Below are positions 37,889-48,857 of a stretch of 64,000 nt of DNA, in pieces; positions within the stretch are counted from its first letter, which is position 1; every line of letters begins with the position of its first letter. A program made the position numbers and the translations under genes. Source of the stretch: Candidatus Aenigmatarchaeota archaeon (GTDB lineage: Archaea; Aenigmatarchaeota; Aenigmatarchaeia; CG10238-14; SCSR01). The DNA lies in contig JAHLMT010000001.1 in NCBI GenBank assembly GCA_018920185.1, forward strand, positions 9,875 to 73,874, given 5' to 3'. The notes under the pieces were generated by a model, which did no database searches, was not told the DNA's origin, and saw nothing but the letters and a program-made list of their open reading frames with translations.

Positions 37889-38264
37889 TTCCAACGTCCA
37901 GATACAAGGAATTTTTGCACATCACGGAGGCGCATGAATTGATGGGGGCGACAATATTCTCTTTTAGAGTCGCGCATCGTTGTCTCAGCCTCTTTATAAT
38001 CAGAGGTGTACCGGTGTGCCCACTTCCTATAAACTCTCTTTAACTAACTCCGCCAATATTTCATCTTCTTCCCAGGTTTGTCCTGGTCGTTGAAGCAGGA
38101 ATACCAGCTATTAAGATGAAAATATAGTTTTCTTATTTGATATTCGAACGCGAAAGTCCGTCGACAGTTCTGTTCTACTTATTAAAAATATTATTATCCT
38201 TCAACAACGAAGTTTTTAGGGTTTAGATATAAACAAAACAAAATTGATAGGTATTTCATTAAAT

Positions 38265-38891
38265 CTACTCGAATAATGAGATAGAACCCCGTTCCCAATC
38301 AGCATAGCCTGTAATGTGAACCTTTCTTGTTCTTTTCTTTGTTTCTCTGCTTCTCATATAAATACCGTATAAAACTCCTATTAATAATCCTCCTAGATGT
38401 GCACCCCGTGCTATACTGCTAGGTGTGAATAACCCCATGAATTCGGATATACCCCAAAAGAATATCGCAAATATCATTGGCATTGGTGCAAATCCACCAA
38501 CATATACTGTCAATCCAGGCATTAAAATGCCAAGTGTTCCCATTATCCCATAAATAGAACCGCTCATGCCAATAGCTGGAATTAAAGGATTTCTCGATGT
38601 CAACATATATCCTATATTACCAACTATTCCAGCAATGAAAAATATTATTAAATAATTTCTTGGACCTATTCTATTCTCTAGAGCAAGGCCAAACATCAAA
38701 AGTGCAAACATGTTAAAAATAAGATGAGCTAAGTCAGCGTGAAGGAATATCGATGTAACAAATGTCCATGGCATCTTTAATGCAAATTCAGGCGTAAATG
38801 CAAATAATCTCCAATCAAAAACGTCCGTTAATTGCAAAAAGAAAACTACTATTGCTATGATAAAAAATGTCAACGTCCAATTTAATTTCAT
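38265..38891 (-). CDS. Rhomboid-family intramembrane serine protease
   Basis: GMSGSIYG (GxSG) and AHLGGLL catalytic His motifs; multiple TMs. The listed ORF extends to 38999, but the internal Met at 38891 avoids overlap with map. Confidence 0.7.
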   Translation of the reverse strand: MKLNWTLTFFIIAIVVFFLQLTDVFDWRLFAFTPEFALKMPWTFVTSIFLHADLAHLIFNMFALLMFGLALENRIGPRNYLIIFFIAGIVGNIGYMLTSRNPLIPAIGMSGSIYGIMGTLGILMPGLTVYVGGFAPMPMIFAIFFWGISEFMGLFTPSSIARGAHLGGLLIGVLYGIYMRSRETKKRTRKVHITGYADWERGSISLFE

Positions 38892-38920
38892 AAAAATATA
38901 ATTTAAACTTTGTTTTATAA

Positions 38921-39793
38921 ATGATAAAAATGGAAAAAGAAGAAATGCAAGCTTATGAAAAAGCATTTTTAATCGCTGAGGATACAGTTGGTTTAGCACA
39001 GAAATTAGTTAAAGAAAATCTTAGAGCTTTGGAATTGGCGGAAAAAGTAGAAAAAAGGATTTTAGAACTAGGCGGAAAACCTGCATGGCCTGTAAATATT
39101 TCTATAAACGAAATTGCTGCGCATTATACTCCTTCAATAGGTGATAATTTAGTTTTGAAAGAAGATGATTTTGTTAAAGTCGATATCGGTGTACAGGTTA
39201 ACGGGTATATCTGTGATAGAGCTTTTACTGTGAAGGTTGGCTCAAAATCTGATCCTATGATTAAAGCTTCGGAGAAAGCTTTAGACGAATGTCTAAAAAT
39301 AATTAAACCTGGGGTGAAAGTTTGTGAAATTTCTGAAGTATGCGAAAATACTGTGAATGAAATGGGATTTAATGTAATAAGAAATCTTTCTGGTCATAGG
39401 ATAGATAGATACAAACAACATGCAAACCCTTCGATACCAAATGGGAAAAATTCTATACAAGATGAAATACAAGCGGGTAATGTTTATGCGATGGAGGTAT
39501 TTGTTACTAACGGGAGTGGTTTTGTTATTGAATCATCACCCACAGAGATATTTCAATATAATCGCGATGCTGCTGTGAGATTATGGGAAGCGAGAAAAAT
39601 TCTTGAGTTAGCTAAAAATGAGTTTGATAGATTGCCCTTTGCGAAAAGATGGATTGCCGGAGTGTCTCCTTTAAAGATAGACATGGCATTAAAACAATTG
39701 CTTGAGGCAGAGGCGATAATAGAATTTCCTCCATTAAAAGAAGAAAGCAGTGGAATGGTTGCAGTAACAGAAAAAAGTGTGATCGTAAAATAA
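38921..39793 (+). CDS. map: Methionine aminopeptidase, type 2 (archaeal)
   Basis: 290 aa. Pita-bread fold motifs with the inserted helical subdomain of type-2 MetAP. Confidence 0.8.
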   Translation: MIKMEKEEMQAYEKAFLIAEDTVGLAQKLVKENLRALELAEKVEKRILELGGKPAWPVNISINEIAAHYTPSIGDNLVLKEDDFVKVDIGVQVNGYICDRAFTVKVGSKSDPMIKASEKALDECLKIIKPGVKVCEISEVCENTVNEMGFNVIRNLSGHRIDRYKQHANPSIPNGKNSIQDEIQAGNVYAMEVFVTNGSGFVIESSPTEIFQYNRDAAVRLWEARKILELAKNEFDRLPFAKRWIAGVSPLKIDMALKQLLEAEAIIEFPPLKEESSGMVAVTEKSVIVK

Positions 39794-39830
39794 TTTCATC
39801 TTTATATTCTTGAAATCAAAATTATAAATT

Positions 39831-39947
39831 GTGCATACAAAATGCGATAATTGTGGGAATTCTGTAAAATTTGTTGGTAAGTTATTCAAAACTAGGTATC
39901 TGTGGCTATGTAAGAACTGTAGGAAAAAGAGAATTAAGAGAAGATAA
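39831..39947 (+). CDS. 38-aa zinc-ribbon peptide with basic tail (GTG start)
   Basis: Hand-translated (M)HTKCDNCGNSVKFVGKLFKTRYLWLCKNCRKKRIKRR. Confidence 0.25.
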   Translation: MHTKCDNCGNSVKFVGKLFKTRYLWLCKNCRKKRIKRR

Positions 39948-40469
39948 CATTAACCAAGGAATTTCTATGTAAGCTGTCATTATACAATAATCTCTCTAAT
40001 GATTACAAAGAAACTAAAACCGGCGCAAAATCCAAAAATATTTTTCTTATTTAGTTAATCGAACCACTAATTTGAAGATCCATTAATTCAACACAGCAGA
40101 AAAACGATAAGTTTTTAAAACAGGAAATCGATTAATAATTAATCAAAATGCCATCCAATACCTTAGCATGCATGAATAAAGTATCACTAATTTTTGCTAA
40201 GGTAATTTATACATCCAAATGTTAATCGGGGATGATTCCTCTTCTCAATTCTTCTGGATGACCCTGATGTTCTAACAATTTTTGAATTTGTTACTCCCTT
40301 GAGATAGGATAGTAGGTTTATCCCCTTGGAGGCCTTCTCAATCAAAATATCAGCTCCTTCACTATCCCTCAAAACGGTCGTTATTGATAATTATGAATAA
40401 CAAAACTTGGATAAAATTGGTATTAGCAAAATATAGAAGCAGTAAAAAATTTAAAAAATTTAAAAATGT

Positions 40470-40559
40470 TTAGTGTTGTCTTTTTCTCATCCTCTTTCTT
40501 CTCCTCATTCTTTGTTTTTTAGTTTTTCTCCTCCTTCGTCTTTTTTCACCAGCTGCCAT
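40470..40559 (-). CDS. 29-aa extremely Arg/Lys-rich peptide (candidate eL41-like)
   Basis: Hand-translated MAAGEKRRRRRKTKKQRMRRRKRMRKRQH. Confidence 0.2.
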   Translation of the reverse strand: MAAGEKRRRRRKTKKQRMRRRKRMRKRQH

Positions 40560-40578
40560 ATTTAATTTTATGATTTTA

Positions 40579-40806
40579 TCATTTAAATCTATGGTACTTA
40601 GAGATGGCAGACCCTATTAATGATGCTATTCGCCTTGGATTATATTCCGGCGGTAGAACTAAAAATATACACCCGTTGCTTATATATCCTTGTTTTATTC
40701 TATCATTGTCTTCTCTTAGAAGCCATTCCTCTACTATCCGCCTATCATCTTTACCATTAAGATGTACTAAAAGAGTATTATCTATAACTCTAACGTATTT
40801 CCCCAT
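40579..40806 (-). CDS. Hypothetical 75-aa protein
   Basis: ORF directly upstream of the basic peptide on the same strand. Confidence 0.3.
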   Translation of the reverse strand: MGKYVRVIDNTLLVHLNGKDDRRIVEEWLLREDNDRIKQGYISNGCIFLVLPPEYNPRRIASLIGSAISKYHRFK

Positions 40807-40831
40807 GTCAATTAAAATTAAAAACTAGAAT

Positions 40832-41479
40832 TTATTTAAATATTATTCCCGTTTCTTTCGACCACAGTAATAAATCTAACTCATCTAAAGGTATTTGAAT
40901 TTCTTCAGAAAACTTTTTCATCTTGTCTTCTATTTCTAAATATTTCTTTTTTGTTAAACTTTTTGGGATTTCTTTAATTACACCGAATTTAACCAAATTG
41001 TTCAAAATATGAACATCAAGAATAGCAAGATTATTGTTGTTCAAGCCAATATTTCTAATAAAATGTGACGCTTCTTTCATCCCCAAACCTTTGACATTTT
41101 TAATTAGCCACTCTCTCAGCAAAAATGGATTATCTTGTAACTTGGAGATCTTTTTCTTTATATTAATAACTCCATTTTCTGTAAAAAAATTTCTAGCTTC
41201 AATTAAATATCTTGTTTTATTTTCTGGAAATCTAATAGCCTGTAAAAAAGGTCTTATTTGTTTTTCGTTGCCGTTCAATAGCAAGTTGTTTTTTTCTAAA
41301 ACTTGAACAACATTCCAACATGTGGTAGCTTTTGATTGTGGTGTTAACAAACAAAAAACAAGTTCACTGAAAATTTTTTCGTCCGATTCGTTTAATATAG
41401 ATCTGAATTCTTCTAATCTTTTGATAATTTCATACTTTTTATCTTTGTAGTATCGAACAAGTTCGTTTAAATCTTCCAT
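40832..41479 (-). CDS. ogg: 8-oxoguanine DNA glycosylase / N-glycosylase-DNA lyase (Ogg2-type, HhH-GPD)
   Basis: 215 aa. HhH motif GLGMKEASHFIRNIG followed by catalytic LAILDVHI; size typical of archaeal Ogg2. Confidence 0.7.
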   Translation of the reverse strand: MEDLNELVRYYKDKKYEIIKRLEEFRSILNESDEKIFSELVFCLLTPQSKATTCWNVVQVLEKNNLLLNGNEKQIRPFLQAIRFPENKTRYLIEARNFFTENGVINIKKKISKLQDNPFLLREWLIKNVKGLGMKEASHFIRNIGLNNNNLAILDVHILNNLVKFGVIKEIPKSLTKKKYLEIEDKMKKFSEEIQIPLDELDLLLWSKETGIIFK

Positions 41480-41927
41480 TAACCTCTCTCCAGAATAATT
41501 TTCTTAATTTTAAGAAATTTTTATTAAAGCCGTATACAAAAAGTAATGAAAGACTACCTAAAATCTCGCTAACTATAATGAATGGTGTAAATTCAAATTC
41601 AAAATTACATGTAACAAAAAAAGTGTAATTCTTTAACGGATATAGAAATGGAACATTATCATTCATATCTTGTATAAGATGAAGTAAAGAACCCAATGAA
41701 ATAGCTATAGCAAATTTTTTGTTTCGTGTTATTAAATATATCACACTTCCGGCAATTGGAAAGAAAAATATAGAATGGGCAATAAATCTTCCACATGGTG
41801 CACCGAGTAAGAACAATCCTTTGTCAACTATGTCTGGCAGAAGTGACCCAACTATAGCAAAAAATGCCGGAAGGTATATCATAGACGAGACAAATGCAGT
41901 TATTCCTATATGACCAAGCAACAACAT
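41439..41927 (-). CDS. Membrane-bound metal-dependent hydrolase (YdjM/DUF457-like)
   Basis: 162 aa; conserved His residues in TM helices (LLGHIG, HSIFF, HLIQD). Confidence 0.5.
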   Translation of the reverse strand: MLLLGHIGITAFVSSMIYLPAFFAIVGSLLPDIVDKGLFLLGAPCGRFIAHSIFFFPIAGSVIYLITRNKKFAIAISLGSLLHLIQDMNDNVPFLYPLKNYTFFVTCNFEFEFTPFIIVSEILGSLSLLFVYGFNKNFLKLRKLFWREVNGRFKRTCSILQR

Positions 41928-41939
41928 GTAATCTTTCTT

Positions 41940-42485
41940 TTAAGATTGTCTTATAAATTTTAAAATCTTTTCTACAGATTCTTTAATTGACATGTTAGAA
42001 GTATCAATGACAAAATCAGCATATTTCTTTTGATCGAAATAGTCAAAACCGTAAATTCTTTTCCACTCTTTTCTTTCAATCTTTTCACGTTCTTTAATTT
42101 CTTTCATTGCTTGCTTTACCGAAATTTTGTCTCTTTGTGCAGATCTTTTTGCTCTAACTTCCAAAGGAACATCCAACCAAATTTTTTTATTGCTCATATC
42201 TCTTAAAAAATAAATTCCAAGTTTGCTGTTGATGACGACATTACCCTTTTTAGCTTCTTTTATCTGCGGTTCGTCTAATACTTTTTGATGAAATTCTTTT
42301 GTCCTTCCGTATTTTTTCCTCCACACCTCTAATGAGGATTTACCCTCCTTTTTTGATTTGCCGAAACTTTTTTGGATTTTACCAACAGAAAAATATCTTA
42401 ACTTAAGTTTTCTAGCTAGAGCTTTTGCAATTGTAGAGCTACCTGCACCCGGTGGACCAGAAACTACGATTACATTCTTTTTCAT
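41940..42485 (-). CDS. cmk: Cytidylate kinase, archaeal type
   Basis: 181 aa. P-loop VIVVSGPPGAGSSTIAK; size typical of archaeal Cmk. Confidence 0.75.
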   Translation of the reverse strand: MKKNVIVVSGPPGAGSSTIAKALARKLKLRYFSVGKIQKSFGKSKKEGKSSLEVWRKKYGRTKEFHQKVLDEPQIKEAKKGNVVINSKLGIYFLRDMSNKKIWLDVPLEVRAKRSAQRDKISVKQAMKEIKEREKIERKEWKRIYGFDYFDQKKYADFVIDTSNMSIKESVEKILKFIRQS

Positions 42486-42511
42486 AAATTTTATTACAAA
42501 AATATAATATA

Positions 42512-42832
42512 TTAACCAAGTAATTTTATTTCGATTCTGATATCAGTTGGGATATTGACTCTCATTATCTGTCTTAATGCTCTATCGTCAGCTTGTACAT
42601 CAAGTACCCTCTTATGGATTCTCATTTCCCATTTTTCCCAAGTTGCATTTCCGTGACCAGTGCCATCTCCACACGGCGTTTTTAATGTTACTATTCTCAT
42701 TTTTTTAGTCGGCAATGGTATTGGTCCACGATAATCGATACCAAATTTTTTAGCAATTTCTCTAATTTCATTTGCTATAGCATCTAATTCTTCTGGATTT
42801 TTTCCACTTAGTTTTATTCTCGCTATTTGCAT
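42512..42832 (-). CDS. rps10: Ribosomal protein uS10
   Basis: 106 aa; typical S10. Last gene of the str cluster. Confidence 0.9.
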   Translation of the reverse strand: MQIARIKLSGKNPEELDAIANEIREIAKKFGIDYRGPIPLPTKKMRIVTLKTPCGDGTGHGNATWEKWEMRIHKRVLDVQADDRALRQIMRVNIPTDIRIEIKLLG

Positions 42833-43472
42833 ACTCTCTTAATTATCTAGAAGGATTTAAATGTTTAATTCATTGGAGGATAAGAAATGAAAGTTAGTGA
42901 AAAACATACAAATTTCAAATGGTAACAAAAACTATTCTTAAAATAAGTTGGGAAAGATATAGAAGCGATATGGCGGATTTCTTTAAACTATTAGTTAAAA
43001 AACAGAAATCTCTACTATCTGAACTCTTGAATAATCAAATAACGAAAATATGACAATGCCGATGACTTTTTCGACTTGAGAGTTTTGGTATTTTTCGATT
43101 ATAATTTCAGCTACTTACAAAATTTCCCAGTGGTTCACTATTATCAAAAGCTATTATACGATCTTCATTTCTTTTTATCCTGATATCTGACGGCACCCTA
43201 AATAAATGTTAGACGATTAACTGGAGATATCTGTGTCACATGTTTATTGATATAAAATAGTCTTCATTTAGTGGATATTCTTCTAAAACTGTTGGAAGTT
43301 GCAGCAACTAATTGTTTCAAAAATAAAATAATTTATAGAGAAATTGGATGCTAAAAAAACGAATATCATAAAAATACACTATGTCGTTTTCATACATTAA
43401 AAATGGCAGACTATTGCAAGCAAAAGTATAAAATTCATTCAGAGATAGAAAGAAGTTGTATTAAGGTTTACA

Positions 43473-44750
43473 CTATTTCGCCTTAACTACATCCAATACG
43501 ATACCGGCTGCAATTGTCATTCCCATATCTCTAATAGCAAATCTCGCTAACTGTGGAAATTCTGATTGTTTTTCAATTACCATCGGTTTAAGTGGTCTAA
43601 CTCTGATTCTTGCAGCATCACCTGTTTTGATAAAATCCGGTTTCTCCTGTATTACTTGACCTGTTTTAGGATCTATCTTTGCAATTATTTCTTCAATTGT
43701 ACATGCTACAGCCGCTGTGTGTGCATGAAAAACGGGCGTGTATCCTGCAGTTATTACCGTCGGATGTTGTAAAACAACTATCTGTGCTATGAACTCTGAA
43801 GCAACTGTTGGTGGATTACTGGGATGACCTACAACATCACCTTTCTTTATTTGTTCCTTGGTAACACCTCTAACATTAAATCCGACATTATCCCCTGGGA
43901 CAGCTTGCTGTAACTGTTGATGGTGGATTTCTATTGACTTTACTTCACCTGTGACATGGGCAGGTTCAAAAATAATTGTGTCCCCTACTTTCATCACACC
44001 AGTTTCAACTCTACCAACAGGAACTGTCCCAACTCCAGTGATAGAATAAACATCTTGTACAGGTAATCTTAATGGTTTATCCAAGGGTTTTTCAGGTTCT
44101 TTTATATACTGGTCAAGTGCTTCCAATAAGGTTGGTCCATTATACCAAGGCATCTTGTCAGATTTTTTGGTAATATTTTCTCCGTTATACGCTGATATAG
44201 GAATGAACGGTATTTCTGAAACTTTGTAACCAATCCCTTGTAAGAGTTTTGTTGCCTCCTCCTTTACTTCCTCAAATCTTTTCTGGTCATAATTAGCTGC
44301 ATCCATCTTATTCAAAACTACTATAATTTGATTAATACCAAGTACTTTCATTAACCATGCGTGCTCCTTTGTCTGCTCTTGTATTCCTTCACCTGGTTTT
44401 GCAGAAATAACAAAAATGCTGGCATCTGCTTGCGAAGCACCTGTAATCATATTCTTGACAAAATCTCTATGACCCGGAGCATCTATAATAGTAAAGAACC
44501 ACTTTTGTGTTTCAAATGGGCGATGCATGATATCTATAGTCAATCCACGTTCTCTTTCTTCCTTGACCTTGTCCATTACAAAAGCAAATTCAAACGTCTC
44601 TTTCTTAAGTTCGGTTGCAATTTCTTTTAGTTTTCTCATTTCCTCTTCCCTAATAGCACCAGTATCGTATAAGAGTCGCCCAACTAAAGTAGACTTTCCT
44701 GCGTCTACATGTCCAGCAGTTATTATGTTTATGTGAGGTTTAGCAGACAT
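43473..44750 (-). CDS. tuf: Elongation factor 1-alpha
   Basis: 425 aa. [21 protein letters not shown]. Confidence 0.95.
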   Translation of the reverse strand: MSAKPHINIITAGHVDAGKSTLVGRLLYDTGAIREEEMRKLKEIATELKKETFEFAFVMDKVKEERERGLTIDIMHRPFETQKWFFTIIDAPGHRDFVKNMITGASQADASIFVISAKPGEGIQEQTKEHAWLMKVLGINQIIVVLNKMDAANYDQKRFEEVKEEATKLLQGIGYKVSEIPFIPISAYNGENITKKSDKMPWYNGPTLLEALDQYIKEPEKPLDKPLRLPVQDVYSITGVGTVPVGRVETGVMKVGDTIIFEPAHVTGEVKSIEIHHQQLQQAVPGDNVGFNVRGVTKEQIKKGDVVGHPSNPPTVASEFIAQIVVLQHPTVITAGYTPVFHAHTAAVACTIEEIIAKIDPKTGQVIQEKPDFIKTGDAARIRVRPLKPMVIEKQSEFPQLARFAIRDMGMTIAAGIVLDVVKAK

Positions 44751-44801
44751 CCGTCCACCAAATTTTACTTAATCTAATTTAACAAATAAATTTAAATAAT
44801 T

Positions 44802-46994
44802 TTAAACTTCTGGTTTTGGTATCTCTTCAGGTAATCCTTTTCTTTTTCTGATAGCTTTCACGGTTGATTCAAACAACTCTTTTGGCACTCTTTCGAATGT
44901 GGTTTCTATTAATGAATAAAATCCTCTTCCGCTTGTCGCAGACTTTAAGGTTGCATCAAATCCAAACATCTCACTAACTGGAAGCTTTGCAGTAATAACA
45001 GATGCACCACGCTCTTCTTTCATATCAAGGATTTGCCCTCTTCTATTTTCAACTTCTCTGATAGCATCACCAATCAATTCGGTTGGTATATCTATTCTGA
45101 TGATTTGTTTTGGTTCAAGTATCTGTGTGCCGGCTGATAACATTGCTTGTCTAATAGCCCATCTTACAGCAGGACGTATCTGACCTTCACCTCTATGAAC
45201 AGGATCTTCATGCAATTCAGCATCTGTTAATATTACTTTTAATTTTGTGCATGGTTCTCTTGCTAATGGTCCATCATCCATCACATCTACAAAGGCATCT
45301 TTAATCATCTCAATAACTTCGTCGAGAAACTGAATCCCTTTAGTCATGTCAATCAGAACACTTTTGTTGTGCATAATTTGTATGTTTCTGGCTTCGTCAT
45401 AATCCATGCCAAATTTTTTGAATTTTTGAAATAGTTCGATATTCTTTCTTTTGATTTCACCTTCACTTGGTAGTTCGCCTTCTAACATAGCTTGATATAC
45501 ACTGTCTTCTAAAGGTTCAACTATTATGTTTATTTTATTGTGTTTATTTGGAGATTTCCCCTCAATTTCAGGTGATTTTTCAAAAATAGTTTCGCGATAT
45601 ACAACAATTGGTTGAGACATTTCTACATCTATTCCTAAATCCTTAAGCTTGTGCTCAACTTTAATTTCTAAATGTAGTTCACCCAAACCAGAAACAAGAT
45701 ACTCTCCCGTTTCTTGATTTATTTTAACGATTAATGTTGGATCTTCTCTGCCTAATTTTTTAAGCGTATCAACTAATTTTGGCAGTTCCATTGGATTCTT
45801 TGGTTCAATAGATTTTGTAACAACTGGTTCAAATAAATGTTTGATTTCTTCAAACGGTTCTATAACCTTCCCAGCATCAGTAACAGTTTCACCTGTAAAT
45901 GCATCCGGTATTCCAATAACTCCAACTACATTACCTGCTGGAATCTCGTCAACTGGAATCCTCTGTATTCCTTTATAAACAACAACTTGCTGTAGTTTTT
46001 CAGTTTTGTGTAGTGTAAGCAGTTGGACATCTTTACCTTTAAAAATCTTTCCAGAAAAAATTCTCCCAGTGGCAACAAATCCAACATGCGGATCAGGCAC
46101 CATTTTAGTTATTATCATAGCTAATTGGCCATTAGGGTTGCATGTAAGCATGTCTCTACCAACTTCAGAATCCAAGTCCCCTTTCCAGATCTTTCCGATT
46201 CTATACTTTTGAGCTTCAACTGGATTTGGCAAATGTTTGATTATCATATCAAGAACAACTTGATGTAATGGGGCTTTTTTTGCTAGTTCATCTTCTTTTC
46301 CTTGGAGTGTCAGGTCAATTATCTCTTTGAAGGTTATTCCGGTTTTTTTCATATAAGGTACTGAAATTGCCCAGCGCCTGAAGGCAGAACCAAATGCGAC
46401 AGAACCATCTTGAACATTAACTAGCCATTTACTCTTATATTCTTCTGGCGCATATTTCTGAATCAAAAGATTAATATCACGAATAACTTCTTCAAATCTT
46501 TGTTGCATCTGTTCTGGTGTCAGTTTCAATTCACGGATAAATCTATCTACCTTGTTGATAAATAATACAGGCTTAACATATTCTCTTAGAGCTTGACGAA
46601 AGACAGTTTCAGTTTGTGGCATTATCCCTTCAACCGGGTCAACTAATACAATTGTTCCATCGACAGCCCTCATTGCTCTAGTTACATCACCACCAAAGTC
46701 AACATGTCCTGGAGTGTCAACAAGATTTATCAAATAATCCTGACCTTCAAATTCATGAACCATAGAGACATTCGCACCATATACAGTTAGTTCACGTTTT
46801 CGTTCCTCAGGATCAAACCAAGTTACCATAGCTTTTCCGGCCATTTCTTCTGCAATCATTCCTGCTCCAGCCATTAAATTATCTGTAAGAGTTGTTTTAC
46901 CATGATGAACATGACTAGAAGTTGCAATATTTCTAATTCTTGTTGGATCTTTCATCACTTCCATTATTCTTTCAGTCATCTCTTTTTTAACCAT
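44802..46994 (-). CDS. fusA: Elongation factor 2
   Basis: 730 aa. AHVHHGKTT, DTPGHVDF, NKVD; EF-2 domain IV. Confidence 0.95.
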   Translation of the reverse strand: MVKKEMTERIMEVMKDPTRIRNIATSSHVHHGKTTLTDNLMAGAGMIAEEMAGKAMVTWFDPEERKRELTVYGANVSMVHEFEGQDYLINLVDTPGHVDFGGDVTRAMRAVDGTIVLVDPVEGIMPQTETVFRQALREYVKPVLFINKVDRFIRELKLTPEQMQQRFEEVIRDINLLIQKYAPEEYKSKWLVNVQDGSVAFGSAFRRWAISVPYMKKTGITFKEIIDLTLQGKEDELAKKAPLHQVVLDMIIKHLPNPVEAQKYRIGKIWKGDLDSEVGRDMLTCNPNGQLAMIITKMVPDPHVGFVATGRIFSGKIFKGKDVQLLTLHKTEKLQQVVVYKGIQRIPVDEIPAGNVVGVIGIPDAFTGETVTDAGKVIEPFEEIKHLFEPVVTKSIEPKNPMELPKLVDTLKKLGREDPTLIVKINQETGEYLVSGLGELHLEIKVEHKLKDLGIDVEMSQPIVVYRETIFEKSPEIEGKSPNKHNKINIIVEPLEDSVYQAMLEGELPSEGEIKRKNIELFQKFKKFGMDYDEARNIQIMHNKSVLIDMTKGIQFLDEVIEMIKDAFVDVMDDGPLAREPCTKLKVILTDAELHEDPVHRGEGQIRPAVRWAIRQAMLSAGTQILEPKQIIRIDIPTELIGDAIREVENRRGQILDMKEERGASVITAKLPVSEMFGFDATLKSATSGRGFYSLIETTFERVPKELFESTVKAIRKRKGLPEEIPKPEV

Positions 46995-47400
46995 TGTAAC
47001 CCTTCATTTTAACTTCGAAATTCGATTTTTAACTATTTATTTATTGTAGTGTTTTATGTATTCGTCATTTCCCTAATTTTTATAAACTGTAAGTCTATAC
47101 CCTTTTAGGATACAGCCAACTTACATATACTTCTTAGATGTCTAATCTTTTTACAAGTTCTGAAGTTTCTTTCTTATACCATCCTTAAAAATAGGTTCTG
47201 TAAAATGTTTACTATTTATTTTAAACCAATTCGAAATATATTTCAACGTCTTCAAAAAGCTACAAAGAAACTTTTCTAAATCGTAACTATGCCAACATCT
47301 TCTTAGCTTAAATTTATCCAACCCAATCACATCATTGATATTTGTGTTTGCCTTTTCCAAATTGACTCTTTAATAATGTATCAGAGATTTTGATTAAACT

Positions 47401-48003
47401 TTATCTCGCACCCTCAGCTTCCTTTTCGATTCTTTCTTTTTCTTTTATAGATTCGCTTTTAGATGCGTCATTGTTGTAAGCCGCAATTATTTCGTCGACT
47501 AAAGCATCGACAATATTCGTTTTTTTCCCAAAAGCTTTCTTATATGCAGCTTGTGTTATCATTCTTAAAGCAGAGTCAACTCTTCTTTGCGGTGATGTGA
47601 TGACAGCTCTTCTAACAATTATTCCACCGACTTGATACCCCGCTATTTCTTCTCTTAATGCCGCATTTTCTATAGCTCTAACAAGAACTTCCACAGGATT
47701 CTTTCCTGTTTTTTCATAAATTTTGTCAAAAGCTTCCTTTACGATATTATAAGTTGTGATATACCTTCCTACAACTCTTCCAGATGTTAAAAAATGTTTT
47801 TTACTCTTATGTCCCGGCACCATCATCTTTGTTATCAATCGCTCAACAATGTTCATTTTTGACTTATAGAATTGTTGACTAGCTAATCTCCCAGAACTTT
47901 TGGGAAATATAGAAGGGGTAATAGTAATATAAGGTCTTAATCCAGGATCATTCACACTTACACCTTCAATACTCCATTTGTTAAAAATTTTCATATCTTC
48001 CAT
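47401..48003 (-). CDS. rps7: Ribosomal protein uS7
   Basis: 200 aa, S7 family. Confidence 0.9.
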   Translation of the reverse strand: MEDMKIFNKWSIEGVSVNDPGLRPYITITPSIFPKSSGRLASQQFYKSKMNIVERLITKMMVPGHKSKKHFLTSGRVVGRYITTYNIVKEAFDKIYEKTGKNPVEVLVRAIENAALREEIAGYQVGGIIVRRAVITSPQRRVDSALRMITQAAYKKAFGKKTNIVDALVDEIIAAYNNDASKSESIKEKERIEKEAEGAR

Positions 48004-48007
48004 TCAA

Positions 48008-48430
48008 TTACCTTGCTGGTTTTTGTTTTTTACCTGCCAAAATTTCTTTTAAAGAAACTCCGTTAACAGCAATTACTTGAAACTTTAATCCAGGGGTGTC
48101 TCCCTTTGCCCCGCCTTGTGCACCACCGATGCTTTCTATTAAAACCTCATCGTGTTCATTAATATGATTAATTGCATTATACCCAGGTACAAATGCGGTT
48201 ACTTGAACATTGTTCTTAATCAGTTGAACCCTTACTGCTTTAGCCAGTCCTGAAGATGGTTTTCTTCTCTCTATAGTTCTTTTGCTGATAACAATGCCGC
48301 GTGCTTGTGGTGCACCTGCTAATGGTCCTTCTTTCCACAGTTTCAACATTTTTCTCACATATGTAACCTTCTTCCATCTAAACTTTTTCCTAGTTTTACG
48401 TAACTTTCTACCTCCAAATTCTCCTGGCAT
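48008..48430 (-). CDS. rps12: Ribosomal protein uS12
   Basis: 140 aa, S12/S23 family. Confidence 0.9.
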   Translation of the reverse strand: MPGEFGGRKLRKTRKKFRWKKVTYVRKMLKLWKEGPLAGAPQARGIVISKRTIERRKPSSGLAKAVRVQLIKNNVQVTAFVPGYNAINHINEHDEVLIESIGGAQGGAKGDTPGLKFQVIAVNGVSLKEILAGKKQKPAR

Positions 48431-48853
48431 TTATCTCACTGTTATTTCACTTATATTGTGATTTCTCAGTAACAGTTCTTTATAAATCTTTAAACTTTTC
48501 CCATTCCGTCCTATTATAGTCGGTCTATCTTTCTTGTTAACCCATATGTCTATCACAAGTCTGCCATTCTCCGTTTTTAATTTTGCAAAATTTATCTGAG
48601 GGATTAAATTCTTAACAAAATTTTCAGCATCTTCTGAGAATTCAAAAACTTTTATATTTTTTTTAATCAGATTTTCTATTTTTCTGATAACATTTCCATT
48701 TTTCCCGATAGCTTTCCCAATTTCACCTTTTTCAATTACGAAATAAACAATATTGCTCTCATTATCGATTAAACAATCTCTAACATTAGTGCCGGTTAAG
48801 TTCTCAAAAAGTGTCATCAACCTTATTGTCTCAGTATCTAGTATTATCGGCAT
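48431..48853 (-). CDS. nusA: NusA-like KH-domain protein (archaeal NusA)
   Basis: 140 aa; two KH-like segments (GKAIGKNGNVIRKI, IIGRNGKSLK). Confidence 0.8.
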   Translation of the reverse strand: MPIILDTETIRLMTLFENLTGTNVRDCLIDNESNIVYFVIEKGEIGKAIGKNGNVIRKIENLIKKNIKVFEFSEDAENFVKNLIPQINFAKLKTENGRLVIDIWVNKKDRPTIIGRNGKSLKIYKELLLRNHNISEITVR

Positions 48854-48857
48854 ATTA

